From an uncultured Armatimonadetes bacterium (lineage in GTDB: Bacteria > Armatimonadota > Fimbriimonadia > Fimbriimonadales > Fimbriimonadaceae): a stretch of DNA of 55,110 nucleotides. Position 1 is the first letter of the stretch, and every line of letters begins with the position of its first letter. Made by a program: the position numbers and the translations under genes. Shown here in pieces: positions 1 to 7,661 of this stretch. The stretch is from contig CALMEF010000163.1 in assembly GCA_937862825.1 (NCBI GenBank), positions 1 through 55,110 on the forward strand. Direction: 5' to 3'. The notes beneath the pieces are model-generated. The model searched no databases and was not told where the DNA came from. It saw only the letters and a list, made by a program, of their open reading frames with translations.

Positions 1-309
1 GGCTGCTGTCATGGCTTCCATCTCGACACCAGTCTTTGCGATGCTGGTGACGTCCCCCGCGACCTCGACTCGGTCACTTTCAAAGTGGAAGTTCACTCCA
101 ACGAACTCGATCGGAATGTTATGACAGTAGGGAATCCACTCGGTTGTTTTCTTGGCAGCCATGACCGCAGCAACCTTCGCCACTGGCAACGGATCGCCCT
201 TTGGAACGGTACCGTTGTGAATATGCGCCATGGTTGAGGCAGACATGGTCAGCGTCGCGACAGCGCGCGCCGTGCGCTTGGTTGTGATCTTGTGGGAAAC
301 GTCTCTCAT
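1..309 (-). CDS. moaC: Cyclic pyranopterin monophosphate synthase MoaC (C-terminal part runs off the window edge)
   Basis: My own minus-strand translation from ATG at 307-309 gives MRDVSHKITTKRTARAVATLTMS..VPKGDPLPVAKVAAVMAAKKTTEWIPYCHNIPIEFVGV..IAKTGVEMEAMTAA, which matches the MoaC core. The ATG overlaps the moaA stop (ATGA at 306-309). It is absent from the ORF track because it is open at the window edge. Confidence 0.85.
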   Translation of the reverse strand, partial: MRDVSHKITTKRTARAVATLTMSASTMAHIHNGTVPKGDPLPVAKVAAVMAAKKTTEWIPYCHNIPIEFVGVNFHFESDRVEVAGDVTSIAKTGVEMEAMTAA

Positions 310-1292
310 CCGCCTATCTGCACCATGGCCAGTGTGTCAAGTTGTTGCCAGCGATCCATCGGTGGATGTGCGGCCCATTTACCTGCAAGCGTCTTTCGAA
401 TAGCGTTGATCATTTCTTGCTTTGAAGCCCCGCGCCGCAGCAGACCCTTTAGGTCAGACTCGGGGGGTAGAAAGAGACACGATTTGAGTTGACCGTCAGC
501 GGTTAGCCTGAGCCGATTGCATCCGTCGCAGAAACTTTCGGTCACGCTGGAGACGAAGCCAACTGTCCCCACAAACCCCGGTACGGTCCACTCGGTTGCG
601 ACATCATTTGGGCCCTTGCCGAGGGGTACCAACTCGACTTCTTGTTGAATTCGTGTTCTGAGTTCGGCGGACGTCAAAACCCGCGAGTGTTGCCATCCAT
701 TGCTGAGGAACGGCATGAACTCAATGAACCGAACCTGGACGGCCCAGTCCTTGGTGAGTCGAACGAAGTCGACAACCTCATCCTCATTAAGGTCGGGCAT
801 GACGACCACGTTGATCTTTGTGTTCAGCCCAGCCGAAAGGGCCGCCTTGATTCCCGACAACACTCTTTCAAGTCCTGGTCGACGGGTAATCGCCTCAAAT
901 CGATCTTGGCGTAACGAGTCCAACGAAACATTGATCCCCGCGAGTCCGGACTGCTTTAGGGGTTGGGCGAGGTCGGTTAGCAGGAGCCCATTGGTCGTAA
1001 GGTAGAGCCCTTCAAGGTCAGGGATGTTTGCAACACTCTCCACAAGGCCCAGGAATCCTTTCCGGATCGTCGGTTCACCGCCGGTGAGCCGTACTTTTCG
1101 AACTCCAAGTTCAACGAACATGCGGGTGAGCGTCTCAATTTCTTCGAGAGTGAGTATCTCCTCCTTCGCGGTAAGTTCAACTCCTTCTTCCGGCATACAG
1201 TAGGTGCACCGAAAGTTGCATCGGTCAGTCAGCGACACACGCAAATAGGTGTGCATTCGCCCGAACCGATCTTGAAGTGGGTTTGAATCCAC
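306..1292 (-). CDS. moaA: GTP 3',8-cyclase MoaA (radical SAM, molybdenum cofactor biosynthesis)
   Basis: 328-aa ORF. It has an N-terminal FGR..YLRVSLTDRCNFRCTYCMPEEG radical-SAM cluster motif, GGEPT, and a C-terminal second Cys cluster (FCDGCNRLRLTADG). GTG start at 1292. Confidence 0.95.
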   Translation of the reverse strand: MDSNPLQDRFGRMHTYLRVSLTDRCNFRCTYCMPEEGVELTAKEEILTLEEIETLTRMFVELGVRKVRLTGGEPTIRKGFLGLVESVANIPDLEGLYLTTNGLLLTDLAQPLKQSGLAGINVSLDSLRQDRFEAITRRPGLERVLSGIKAALSAGLNTKINVVVMPDLNEDEVVDFVRLTKDWAVQVRFIEFMPFLSNGWQHSRVLTSAELRTRIQQEVELVPLGKGPNDVATEWTVPGFVGTVGFVSSVTESFCDGCNRLRLTADGQLKSCLFLPPESDLKGLLRRGASKQEMINAIRKTLAGKWAAHPPMDRWQQLDTLAMVQIGG

Positions 1293-1385
1293 ATGTATAG
1301 TTTGACCTGAACCAGATCACGTGAATATGATTTTGCTCACAGTCAGGCGCTTCGCCATCGACTTCCGAGGACTACTGAAGGCCAA

Positions 1386-1414
1386 AGATTCTCAAAATTG
1401 ATGGTTGACAAAAA
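1386..1414 (-). promoter_or_regulatory. Copy 1 of a recurrent intergenic motif TTTTTGTCAACC-N4-ATTT-N6-TCT, upstream of moaA
   Basis: The minus strand reads CATTTTTGTCAACCATCAATTTTGAGAATCT, about 95-120 nt upstream of the moaA GTG. The same 12-mer recurs at 23736-23747 (-) and 48708-48719 (+). Confidence 0.3.
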
Positions 1415-1454
1415 TGTGTTTCGACGGCAATTAAGTGTGGATCAAACGAAACAC
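1410..1454 (-). terminator. Putative intrinsic terminator of the rpmH..jag transcription unit
   Basis: Minus-strand stem GUGUUUCG (1454-1447) pairs with CGAAACAC (1423-1416) and is followed by AUUUUU (1415-1410). The loop is long (23 nt), so confidence is only moderate. Confidence 0.5.
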
Positions 1455-1483
1455 CAACTGAGCAAGCGGCGGAGAAGCGGTGT

Positions 1484-1549
1484 GGCAGAGCCCGGTTCGG
1501 AGTTGACCCCTCCAATGTCTTCGATTAGAGGGGATTCGAACCGGTTGCC
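1484..1549 (-). other. Extended three-segment RNA hairpin immediately downstream of jag
   Basis: Minus-strand pairings: GGCA (1549-1546) with UGCC (1487-1484); CCGGUUCG (1544-1537) with CGAACCGG (1499-1492); CCCCUCUAAU (1533-1524) with AUUGGAGGGG (1516-1507). The loop is 7 nt, CGAAGAC. Confidence 0.4.
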
Positions 1550-1563
1550 TTCCGAATCGAGCG

Positions 1564-2454
1564 TTATTCCGCAGGTGCAATGACGACGCGGCGATTTGGT
1601 TCCTCGCCTTCGCTGTAAGTGTGAACACCCTCGAACCCGGCAAGGACTTTGTGGACGATACGCCGCTCGAATGCGGGGAGCGCGTCCAAAACTGCTTCCT
1701 CGCCGCGGGACTTAACCTGTTCGGCAATGCTGTGAGCCAGTTTTTCAAGCGCCTGTTCCCGGCGCAGACGATAGTCGTTGCCGTCAAGCGTTACTCGAAC
1801 ACCGTTGCCGCGCTGCTGAGTTGAAATGATGTTGACGAGGTATTGCAGGGCGTTGAGTACTTCGCCATGCTTTCCGACCAGGTATGCCACGTCGCGGCCA
1901 TCTAGTTGGACGTTGACGTACTTGCCACTAATCTCGGTGACTTTTGCCTTGACATCGAGATCTCCGGCAACCGCCAAGCGTTGAAGGGTTTCCATGAACC
2001 ACTTTCCATCAGCGTCGGTGGCAACGGCAGTCTGCGGCGCCTCTGAGTCCGAATCTTCTTTGGCCGGCTTGGTTGATGGCCTTGGCTTCGGTTCAGCCTT
2101 TGCTTCCGGCTTGGCTTCAGGCTTTGCAGGTGCCTCGGTGGGCTTTGCTTTGCCGAAGAGTCCCTTGCGCTTGGGCTCGGCTGCTGGTGCGGCCGCTTCG
2201 ACAGGTGCTGCTTCCACAACTTCGGGAGCAGGCTCTTCGACGGGCTTGGCTTTTGCCTTTGGTGCTGCTTTGGGAGCCTTGGCTGGCTTGGGCTCAGGAG
2301 CCTCAGCCTGAACACGGAGATTGACTTTGCCGAAGAGACCCTTGGTTTCTTCAAGAACGGTTACTTTGACCTGACTTGCAGGCACGCCGAGTTTTTCAGC
2401 GGCCTGAGCCTTGGCTTCTTCGAGAGATTTCGCGGTGATTTCAATGGATGGCAT
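1564..2454 (-). CDS. khpB: Jag/KhpB-type RNA-binding protein (Jag_N, KH, R3H) with a long Ala/Pro/Lys/Glu linker
   Basis: The N-terminus MPSIEITAKSLEEAKAQAAEKLGVPASQVKVTVLEE is Jag_N-like. The C-terminal part (GKHGEVLNALQYL.., ..FERRIVHKVL.. GVHTYSEGEEPNRRVVI) is KH plus R3H. It lies directly downstream of yidC, as in the canonical cluster. Confidence 0.85.
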   Translation of the reverse strand: MPSIEITAKSLEEAKAQAAEKLGVPASQVKVTVLEETKGLFGKVNLRVQAEAPEPKPAKAPKAAPKAKAKPVEEPAPEVVEAAPVEAAAPAAEPKRKGLFGKAKPTEAPAKPEAKPEAKAEPKPRPSTKPAKEDSDSEAPQTAVATDADGKWFMETLQRLAVAGDLDVKAKVTEISGKYVNVQLDGRDVAYLVGKHGEVLNALQYLVNIISTQQRGNGVRVTLDGNDYRLRREQALEKLAHSIAEQVKSRGEEAVLDALPAFERRIVHKVLAGFEGVHTYSEGEEPNRRVVIAPAE

Positions 2455-2457
2455 GGT

Positions 2458-3774
2458 TTACTTCTTCTTCTTGGGTTTGTGTCGTTGCGGAACGCCAGTC
2501 TTCTTCGGGGTTGCGCCATTGGTCGAGATGCCGTTGGAGGGATAGACTCCCCCGTTTGGAGCATTCACTTTGACCAGCGGCTTAAGGGGTAAGCGGTAGG
2601 CCCGAAGGGACTGGAACGTCGCCAAAATGTTGGTAAAGATCCAGTAAAGGACGAACGCGGCGGGTACCGGAAATGCTCCGGTAAACATCAGGATGGTGAA
2701 GATCACGCTGATGCTCACACCCATCAGCCTTTGTTGCTTTGCGTTCGCGGGGGCCCTGACGGGTTGTAACAACGTTGTCGCGATCATTGAGATGCCGTAC
2801 AGGACGATCAGGGGAACGTCACGCTCTCCCAGGTTGGCGGCGGTGAAGCCTCCGGTTCCCTTGGCGACCCCATCGGTTATCCATAGGAACGTGCCCTTTT
2901 CGAACTCGTACCGATAGTGAAGCATCGACGAGTACACCAGGAGGAACAACGGCATCTGTAGAAGGGCGGGGCCACACCCGGAGAGCGGGTTCATCCCGTA
3001 CTCCTTGTACAGTTCCATCATCTTCATGTTCATCTCTTGGGCGAGATGAGGTTTGTCCTTGTATTGCTCTCGGATTTCGGTAACCAGTGGTGCGAGTTGC
3101 GCCATCTGGCGGCCCCACATATATTGCTTCTGCGCCAGGGGCCAAATGATCGCCCGAACGACGACGGCAAGAAGGAAACATGCGAAGGCGTAACTGAAGG
3201 CCGGAAGGGCACCAGTCAAGTTCACCAGCCAGTCAATCATTTGATAGCCGGGGAAGAAGCCCCAGACTGCGGTGTTTTCACCGAGCAACTGGGCTTTGGA
3301 CATCACCTCGGCCTTGAGGGAACTGATGGTTACCGTTTCCCTGGGATACTCCTTGTCGGGCGTGACCTTGACGGGCTCGTTGTAGTAGGGCTTCTTTTCG
3401 AACTCGCCGCGAAGATTGCTGAGCGCTTGTTGCGCCATCGTCATCTTCTGGAAGTCGTTCTTGCGAGTCGCGGCCCGAAACTGCGTATCTGCCAGAAGAA
3501 CAGAGGCTTCGAATCGAGTCTTGTCCGCTTGCTCTTTGGTGAGTTTCTTGACGTCAACTTCGGCATTGAGTTTGCCTTGTAGCCTTTGGAAGTCCGTGAG
3601 GGCCGCTACATCGTCAACTTTGCCATTTTGGCTTTGAAGCGACGTGAAAATCTCAGCCGAGGATCGCGGGTCATCCGGTGGTTTCGGACAAATGAACTGA
3701 ATGCCCAGGAAGATCGTTGTTGCGATCAGCAGGGTTTGTAGTAGGCTCGCTTTGGGCGAAGGTGCTTGGCTCAT
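2458..3774 (-). CDS. yidC: Membrane protein insertase YidC (Oxa1 family)
   Basis: 438 aa. The conserved core reads AVVVRAIIWPLAQKQY..M..LAP...EI...YKDKP......M.LYKEYGMNPLSGCGPALLQMPLF. The C-terminal tail is basic (KPKKKK). Position matches the rpmH-rnpA-yidD-yidC order. Confidence 0.92.
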   Translation of the reverse strand: MSQAPSPKASLLQTLLIATTIFLGIQFICPKPPDDPRSSAEIFTSLQSQNGKVDDVAALTDFQRLQGKLNAEVDVKKLTKEQADKTRFEASVLLADTQFRAATRKNDFQKMTMAQQALSNLRGEFEKKPYYNEPVKVTPDKEYPRETVTISSLKAEVMSKAQLLGENTAVWGFFPGYQMIDWLVNLTGALPAFSYAFACFLLAVVVRAIIWPLAQKQYMWGRQMAQLAPLVTEIREQYKDKPHLAQEMNMKMMELYKEYGMNPLSGCGPALLQMPLFLLVYSSMLHYRYEFEKGTFLWITDGVAKGTGGFTAANLGERDVPLIVLYGISMIATTLLQPVRAPANAKQQRLMGVSISVIFTILMFTGAFPVPAAFVLYWIFTNILATFQSLRAYRLPLKPLVKVNAPNGGVYPSNGISTNGATPKKTGVPQRHKPKKKK

Positions 3775-3789
3775 TTTGAAATCGTTGGT

Positions 3790-3999
3790 TTAGGGAACGG
3801 GATCACGACCACCAGGTCGACCTGGATGGCATCTTAGGATCCGCTTGAATCCAAGCCATGACCCTTTGAGTAGTCCGTATTTTTCGATGGCTTCCAGAGT
3901 GAACTGTGAGCAACTGGGTGTGTACCTGCAGGTTGGCGGCATCCACTTGGTTGAACGCTGATAGAGTCGGATTAGGAAGACGCCAGTTCGTTTGCCCAT
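3790..3999 (-). CDS. yidD: Membrane protein insertion efficiency factor YidD
   Basis: 69 aa with [34 protein letters not shown], the YidD signature. It overlaps the rnpA 3' end. Confidence 0.9.
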   Translation of the reverse strand: MGKRTGVFLIRLYQRSTKWMPPTCRYTPSCSQFTLEAIEKYGLLKGSWLGFKRILRCHPGRPGGRDPVP

Positions 4000-4322
4000 C
4001 GTTTCTCTAGTTCACTGGTTAAGCGACTCACTTCGTTGGCGATTTGCTGGAACGGGGCGTTTGCTGAGGCTTCGAATGCGACGACCACAATGTCTAAACC
4101 GAAATGCGGTCGAGTAGGTTGCGCTTTGAAGGCTTCGCGAATACGGCGTTTGCACCGATTGCGATCAGGTTTGTTCCCGATCTTTTTGCTCGTTGCGATA
4201 CCGAGTCGTCCATCGCCAGGCAATGCTAGCAAACGAACCAGGTCGCCTTGGACTCGTTTTCCCTCCTTGAATAGTTTTTCAAACTGTGATTTGGTGAGGC
4301 CACCCTTCAACGCGGGCTCCAA
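3972..4322 (-). CDS. rnpA: Ribonuclease P protein component RnpA
   Basis: 116 aa. It has [13 protein letters not shown].. and [26 protein letters not shown] (RNR-motif region) and follows rpmH. Confidence 0.88.
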   Translation of the reverse strand: MEPALKGGLTKSQFEKLFKEGKRVQGDLVRLLALPGDGRLGIATSKKIGNKPDRNRCKRRIREAFKAQPTRPHFGLDIVVVAFEASANAPFQQIANEVSRLTSELEKRWANELASS

Positions 4323-4370
4323 TGTGGACGGTAGGAGGAGCGGTAAATACCCGCTGAGAGTGGCTCGGTC

Positions 4371-4505
4371 TTAATAGGACAGGCGCTTTCGACCGCGGGC
4401 TCGCCGTCGCTTGAGGACGTTGCGGCCGTCGGTTGTGCGCATGCGAACCCGAAACCCATGGGTCTTCTGCTGGTGTCGGTTATTCGGCTGGAACGTGCGC
4501 TTCAT
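4371..4505 (-). CDS. rpmH: 50S ribosomal protein L34
   Basis: 44 codons, too short for the ORF track. My translation is [44 protein letters not shown], then TAA at 4371-4373. Confidence 0.95.
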   Translation of the reverse strand: MKRTFQPNNRHQQKTHGFRVRMRTTDGRNVLKRRRARGRKRLSY

Positions 4506-4585
4506 CTAGTCATGAACTCCAAAAAGTTAGTCCGTAAAGGATACCCGATTCGTCTCTACGTTCCTGCGGATACAATAGGTGTTCT

Positions 4586-4996
4586 ATGAATCGAAGACTC
4601 TTTGGGCTAGCGATGTTTTTGCTTCTTGCGATCGGCTGTGCGTCGAACTCGGGTGAACCGTCGGCTACGAACGAGCCAACGTCAAACCCTGCTCCTGAAC
4701 CGTCCGCAAAGGAAGCGACATTCGCTGAGGTCTCTTCGCTGCTGGGTTCAAAGTGTCTCCCTTGCCATGGTGAGGGTGGAAAGGCGGGCCTTGACCTCCG
4801 AACTCACGAATCAATCATGAAGGGGGCTTCAAAAGGGCCAGTCGTGCTCGCTGGCAAGCCCGATGAGAGCATTATGGTTCACTCGTTGCGAGGCACAAAC
4901 GGCATCAAGCAGATGCCTATGAGTGCGGTTCCGCTCAGCGATCCTGAGGTTGAGATGATCAAGTCGTGGATTGCCGCGGGTGCTAAAGGCTCGTAG
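4586..4996 (+). CDS. Small secreted lipoprotein with a PSCyt1-like cytochrome c (CxxCH) module
   Basis: Signal peptide with lipobox LLAIGC. It has a CLPCHG heme-attachment motif followed by ..LDLRTHESIMKG..KPDESIMVHSL.....MP. Confidence 0.7.
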   Translation: MNRRLFGLAMFLLLAIGCASNSGEPSATNEPTSNPAPEPSAKEATFAEVSSLLGSKCLPCHGEGGKAGLDLRTHESIMKGASKGPVVLAGKPDESIMVHSLRGTNGIKQMPMSAVPLSDPEVEMIKSWIAAGAKGS

Positions 4997-5010
4997 GGCT
5001 TAAATGACAG

Positions 5011-5040
5011 ACCCCAGCAAACGTCTTTGTTTGCTGGGGT
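5011..5040. terminator. Perfect 12-bp hairpin between convergent genes (bidirectional terminator candidate)
   Basis: ACCCCAGCAAAC (5011-5022), a 6-nt loop, then GTTTGCTGGGGT (5029-5040). There is no clear U-tract on either strand. Confidence 0.55.
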
Positions 5041-5062
5041 CGAATCTACGTCCGGCTCAAAC

Positions 5063-5338
5063 TTAGGCCCTTACCGGTTCCAGCGAGTGGACCATTACGT
5101 TCCAAGCCGCCAACCGCACTTCGTCGTGCAGCATACGGAGGCTTCGAGCGAGCCGATCCAAGTGCGCCGTCGCCTGCGAGTCCGCAGTTCGAGACGTCAA
5201 GTCGCGGGCTTGGTGGACGGCCTCTGCATGATTTCGGACTTGCTGAAGGAGTCGAACAAATGCTCGAACCTTCTGCATTGCCGACCGTTCGGAGCGTGAA
5301 ATGGAATCCACGCTCATTCGGACTTCATGCTCGGTCAT
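5063..5338 (-). CDS. Hypothetical small helical protein
   Basis: 91-aa ORF with a strong SD (GGAGGAGG) about 9 nt upstream of ATG 5338. The overlapping plus-strand ORF 5027-5299 has no such signal. I recognise no family. Confidence 0.5.
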   Translation of the reverse strand: MTEHEVRMSVDSISRSERSAMQKVRAFVRLLQQVRNHAEAVHQARDLTSRTADSQATAHLDRLARSLRMLHDEVRLAAWNVMVHSLEPVRA

Positions 5339-5598
5339 CGAACCAATACCTCCTCCGATTCGATTGGAATCGGTTCCTGCATGAGCCTACGAGGTTAGCT
5401 GTCGGGTTAGGGCCAGAAACTACCCTTGCCAAGTCACCTTGGCATTCACCCCCAAGTCTGGGTCCCCCGTCGACGCTTGTCGCGCCGTTAGGCTTGGGTT
5501 TTTTCATGTTCAATGATTCTAAACGGTCAAACCGCCGAATTTGCTCCTCACTTTTCCACAACGTTTCCGAATCTTCGGTTTCTAACGTCTGAAACACA

Positions 5599-5862
5599 AT
5601 GGTTGAACATGAATTGGCTCCGACATTGGCTCGACTGGAAAGGACTCTGTCCCGGCTGGAGGATCACCTGAACCCTAGTCTTCGAAGGCGCTTTCTTCAA
5701 GGCATGGTCAGCGGCTTCGGCACCGTTGTCGGAGCAACCTTGCTGGTAAGCCTTATCGTTTGGGTAGCCCAGCCGTTCACTCAGATTGATCGTGTTGGAC
5801 CTGCCCTAGAGCGGGTGTTGGATGACCTGCTAAAGAAGCGAAGTTCTGATCAGGCAGAATAG
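5599..5862 (+). CDS. Small membrane protein (DUF5665-like from memory)
   Basis: 87 aa. An N-terminal amphipathic helix is followed by RRRFLQGMVSGFGTVVGATLLVSLIVWV (TM). There is no obvious SD, so the start is uncertain. Confidence 0.5.
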   Translation: MVEHELAPTLARLERTLSRLEDHLNPSLRRRFLQGMVSGFGTVVGATLLVSLIVWVAQPFTQIDRVGPALERVLDDLLKKRSSDQAE

Positions 5863-5868
5863 AGTTTG

Positions 5869-6207
5869 ATGGGATTCAGCGCGGCATACCGAACACAAGT
5901 TGAAGATTTGTTAGAACAGGTCGTGCCAATCACGTCCAAAGCGATGTTTGGAGGGGTCGGTATCTACTCTGAAGGCCTGTTCTTCGCGCTGATCGCTGAA
6001 GACAAACTCTACTTCAAGGTATCAGACTTGAACCGCGGCGATTACGAAGAGGCTGGAATGGGCCCTTTCTTTCCGTTCGATTCACCCACTCCGATGCACT
6101 ATTGGGAAGTACCCCAGTCTGTTCTTGACAACCTGGAAGAGCTAAGAGTCTGGGTAGATAAAGCGTTAGCGGTTGCCGCATCTGCAAAGTCGAAGAAGAA
6201 GCGGTAG
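5869..6207 (+). CDS. TfoX/Sxy N-terminal domain family protein
   Basis: KAMFGGVGIYSEGLFFALIAEDKLYFKV.......Y matches the TfoX_N core. The ATG is at 5869; the track starts at TTG 5866. Confidence 0.8.
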   Translation: MGFSAAYRTQVEDLLEQVVPITSKAMFGGVGIYSEGLFFALIAEDKLYFKVSDLNRGDYEEAGMGPFFPFDSPTPMHYWEVPQSVLDNLEELRVWVDKALAVAASAKSKKKR

Positions 6208-6263
6208 CAGCCTCGCAGCAGGGGGCTTGAACGCTTCCCAGATACGACTCCGTCCGACCTGAC

Positions 6264-6905
6264 ATGAGGGTCGCGTTCTTTCTTGGCGTTGGACTGACCT
6301 ACATGGTGATGTCCGCGAAAGATGCGTACTGGACGTTGAATCCAGTCGTCCTTATCGGCTTGGGACTCGGGGTCCTCGTTAGCCGCGCACTCGGAGATCG
6401 CTTTGGCTTGGGTTGGTCCCTTGCCGCCTTTGCGGTCGCTGGACTTGCTGGAAGCATCATTTCGGATACTTATAACGCGGCGTGTTACGCAGACTGGTGC
6501 GGAACTATGATGCCGCGAGAATCCAGTTACGAGTTGCGGACGTATGCTTCTGGACTTGAAGGTGAGCTTAAGCGAGTAACCGAAGATCCAGATTACGCAC
6601 CTGTATCTAAGAATGGACCAGTTCGCAGCTACCGGGATCACCCCGAACTTGCGGTCAGGCTGAGGTCAACTTACCTTGCTGATTTTGAAGTATCACAGCA
6701 AGAACGAATCGTCCGCGCTCGCGACGATCAACGCCACGCAGAGCAGATGGAGGCAAGACCCCTCTGGAAGCGCATTCCGGGAGGAGTCAGCGTGTCCTCG
6801 TCGTGGTTCGTCCCAGCAGCAATTGGCTATCTGTTCTTTATCGCGCTTGGATCGGGGTTTGAGCGGCTCTGGAAACGAAAAAAAGCCGCTTCTTCAACTG
6901 GTTGA
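6264..6905 (+). CDS. Hypothetical membrane protein
   Basis: 213 aa with three N-terminal hydrophobic helices, a charged middle region and a C-terminal TM. No family recognised. Confidence 0.55.
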   Translation: MRVAFFLGVGLTYMVMSAKDAYWTLNPVVLIGLGLGVLVSRALGDRFGLGWSLAAFAVAGLAGSIISDTYNAACYADWCGTMMPRESSYELRTYASGLEGELKRVTEDPDYAPVSKNGPVRSYRDHPELAVRLRSTYLADFEVSQQERIVRARDDQRHAEQMEARPLWKRIPGGVSVSSSWFVPAAIGYLFFIALGSGFERLWKRKKAASSTG

Positions 6906-6926
6906 GGAAGCGGCCAACGATTTTGA

Positions 6927-7628
6927 CTAGACTCGCTCGATGAAGACCTTTGCGCTGATTGGCATTGGGGCGCCAGCGATTGGGGCATTCTTCCATTCGC
7001 CTTCGAACTTAACGAGGGACCCGTCCTTTGTGTTGACCCAAACCTTACCACTTGAACTCGCGGGAGCGTCGCCCGTCGACTCTTTGTACTCGTAGGTAAG
7101 AAGGAACGTATCGTACGCTCCGACCTTCTCGGCCTTTTCTACCTTGTACTTGGCGACCGCAGCGACCATGCCCGTCTTTGAGTCAGCAGCGATCTTCTTT
7201 TCCCACGAATCGCCTTCTTTGACGGCGGTTTCGGGAGCAAAGAACGAGTTCATGTAGGCTACTCGGTAGGCGTTCGCGTCCACCATGTCGCCTTTCATTT
7301 CAACGATCTCGCCATTGGGCTTGAAAATTGAGGTTTGGGTGCCGCCGGAGTCCGGAGCGTCCATTTCTTCGTCGCCAAGTTTCACCTTGGTTTCAGCCTG
7401 GGACGATTCTGAAGTGATGGTCCCGTCTGCGGCGATCTTGACCACTTTCTCGGTCATTTTGCTCGTGAACTGGGCGGACATACCTTGGAAGTCCAGGTCT
7501 GCTTTGATCTTGTAGGTAAAGGTATCGCCTTCCTTCGCGGTCCGCTTGAGGGACACTTGTGCGAACGACAGCGAAGCCAAAGCGAAGAGTGAGCCAACTA
7601 GGGCAAGGCGATAGGCTTTCATATTCAT
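6927..7628 (-). CDS. Hypothetical secreted protein
   Basis: 233 aa. The signal peptide is MNMKAYRLALVGSLFALASLSFAQ. Composition is beta-rich. Confidence 0.6.
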   Translation of the reverse strand: MNMKAYRLALVGSLFALASLSFAQVSLKRTAKEGDTFTYKIKADLDFQGMSAQFTSKMTEKVVKIAADGTITSESSQAETKVKLGDEEMDAPDSGGTQTSIFKPNGEIVEMKGDMVDANAYRVAYMNSFFAPETAVKEGDSWEKKIAADSKTGMVAAVAKYKVEKAEKVGAYDTFLLTYEYKESTGDAPASSSGKVWVNTKDGSLVKFEGEWKNAPIAGAPMPISAKVFIERV

Positions 7629-7661
7629 CTTTTTATACGGCTTGTTCGATAGGTGGTTGCG

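Noticed and set aside
1293-1385. Molybdenum-cofactor (Moco) riboswitch in the moaA 5' leader
   Set aside because: The leader has small hairpins (GGCG-AAG-CGCC, and a TCACGTGA palindrome at 1316-1323). I could not recognise the conserved Moco-motif junction sequences or a multi-stem architecture, and the available leader is shorter than a typical Moco element. An Infernal scan with RF01055 would settle it.
1531-1546. tRNA/tmRNA-like T-loop sequence GGTTCGAATCC on the minus strand
   Set aside because: The flanking bases do not form a 5-bp T-stem, and no acceptor, D or anticodon arms can be drawn. The sequence is instead part of the long rod-like hairpin at 1484-1549.
4323-4585. Possible chromosomal origin (oriC) next to the rpmH-rnpA-yidC cluster
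   Set aside because: No dnaA or dnaN is adjacent, and the upstream gap is only 80 bp with no DnaA-box cluster or AT-rich unwinding element. Only isolated DnaA-box-like 9-mers occur elsewhere (TGATCCACA around 1436-1444 on the minus strand, and cTATCCACA at 21832-21840). That is not enough for an origin.
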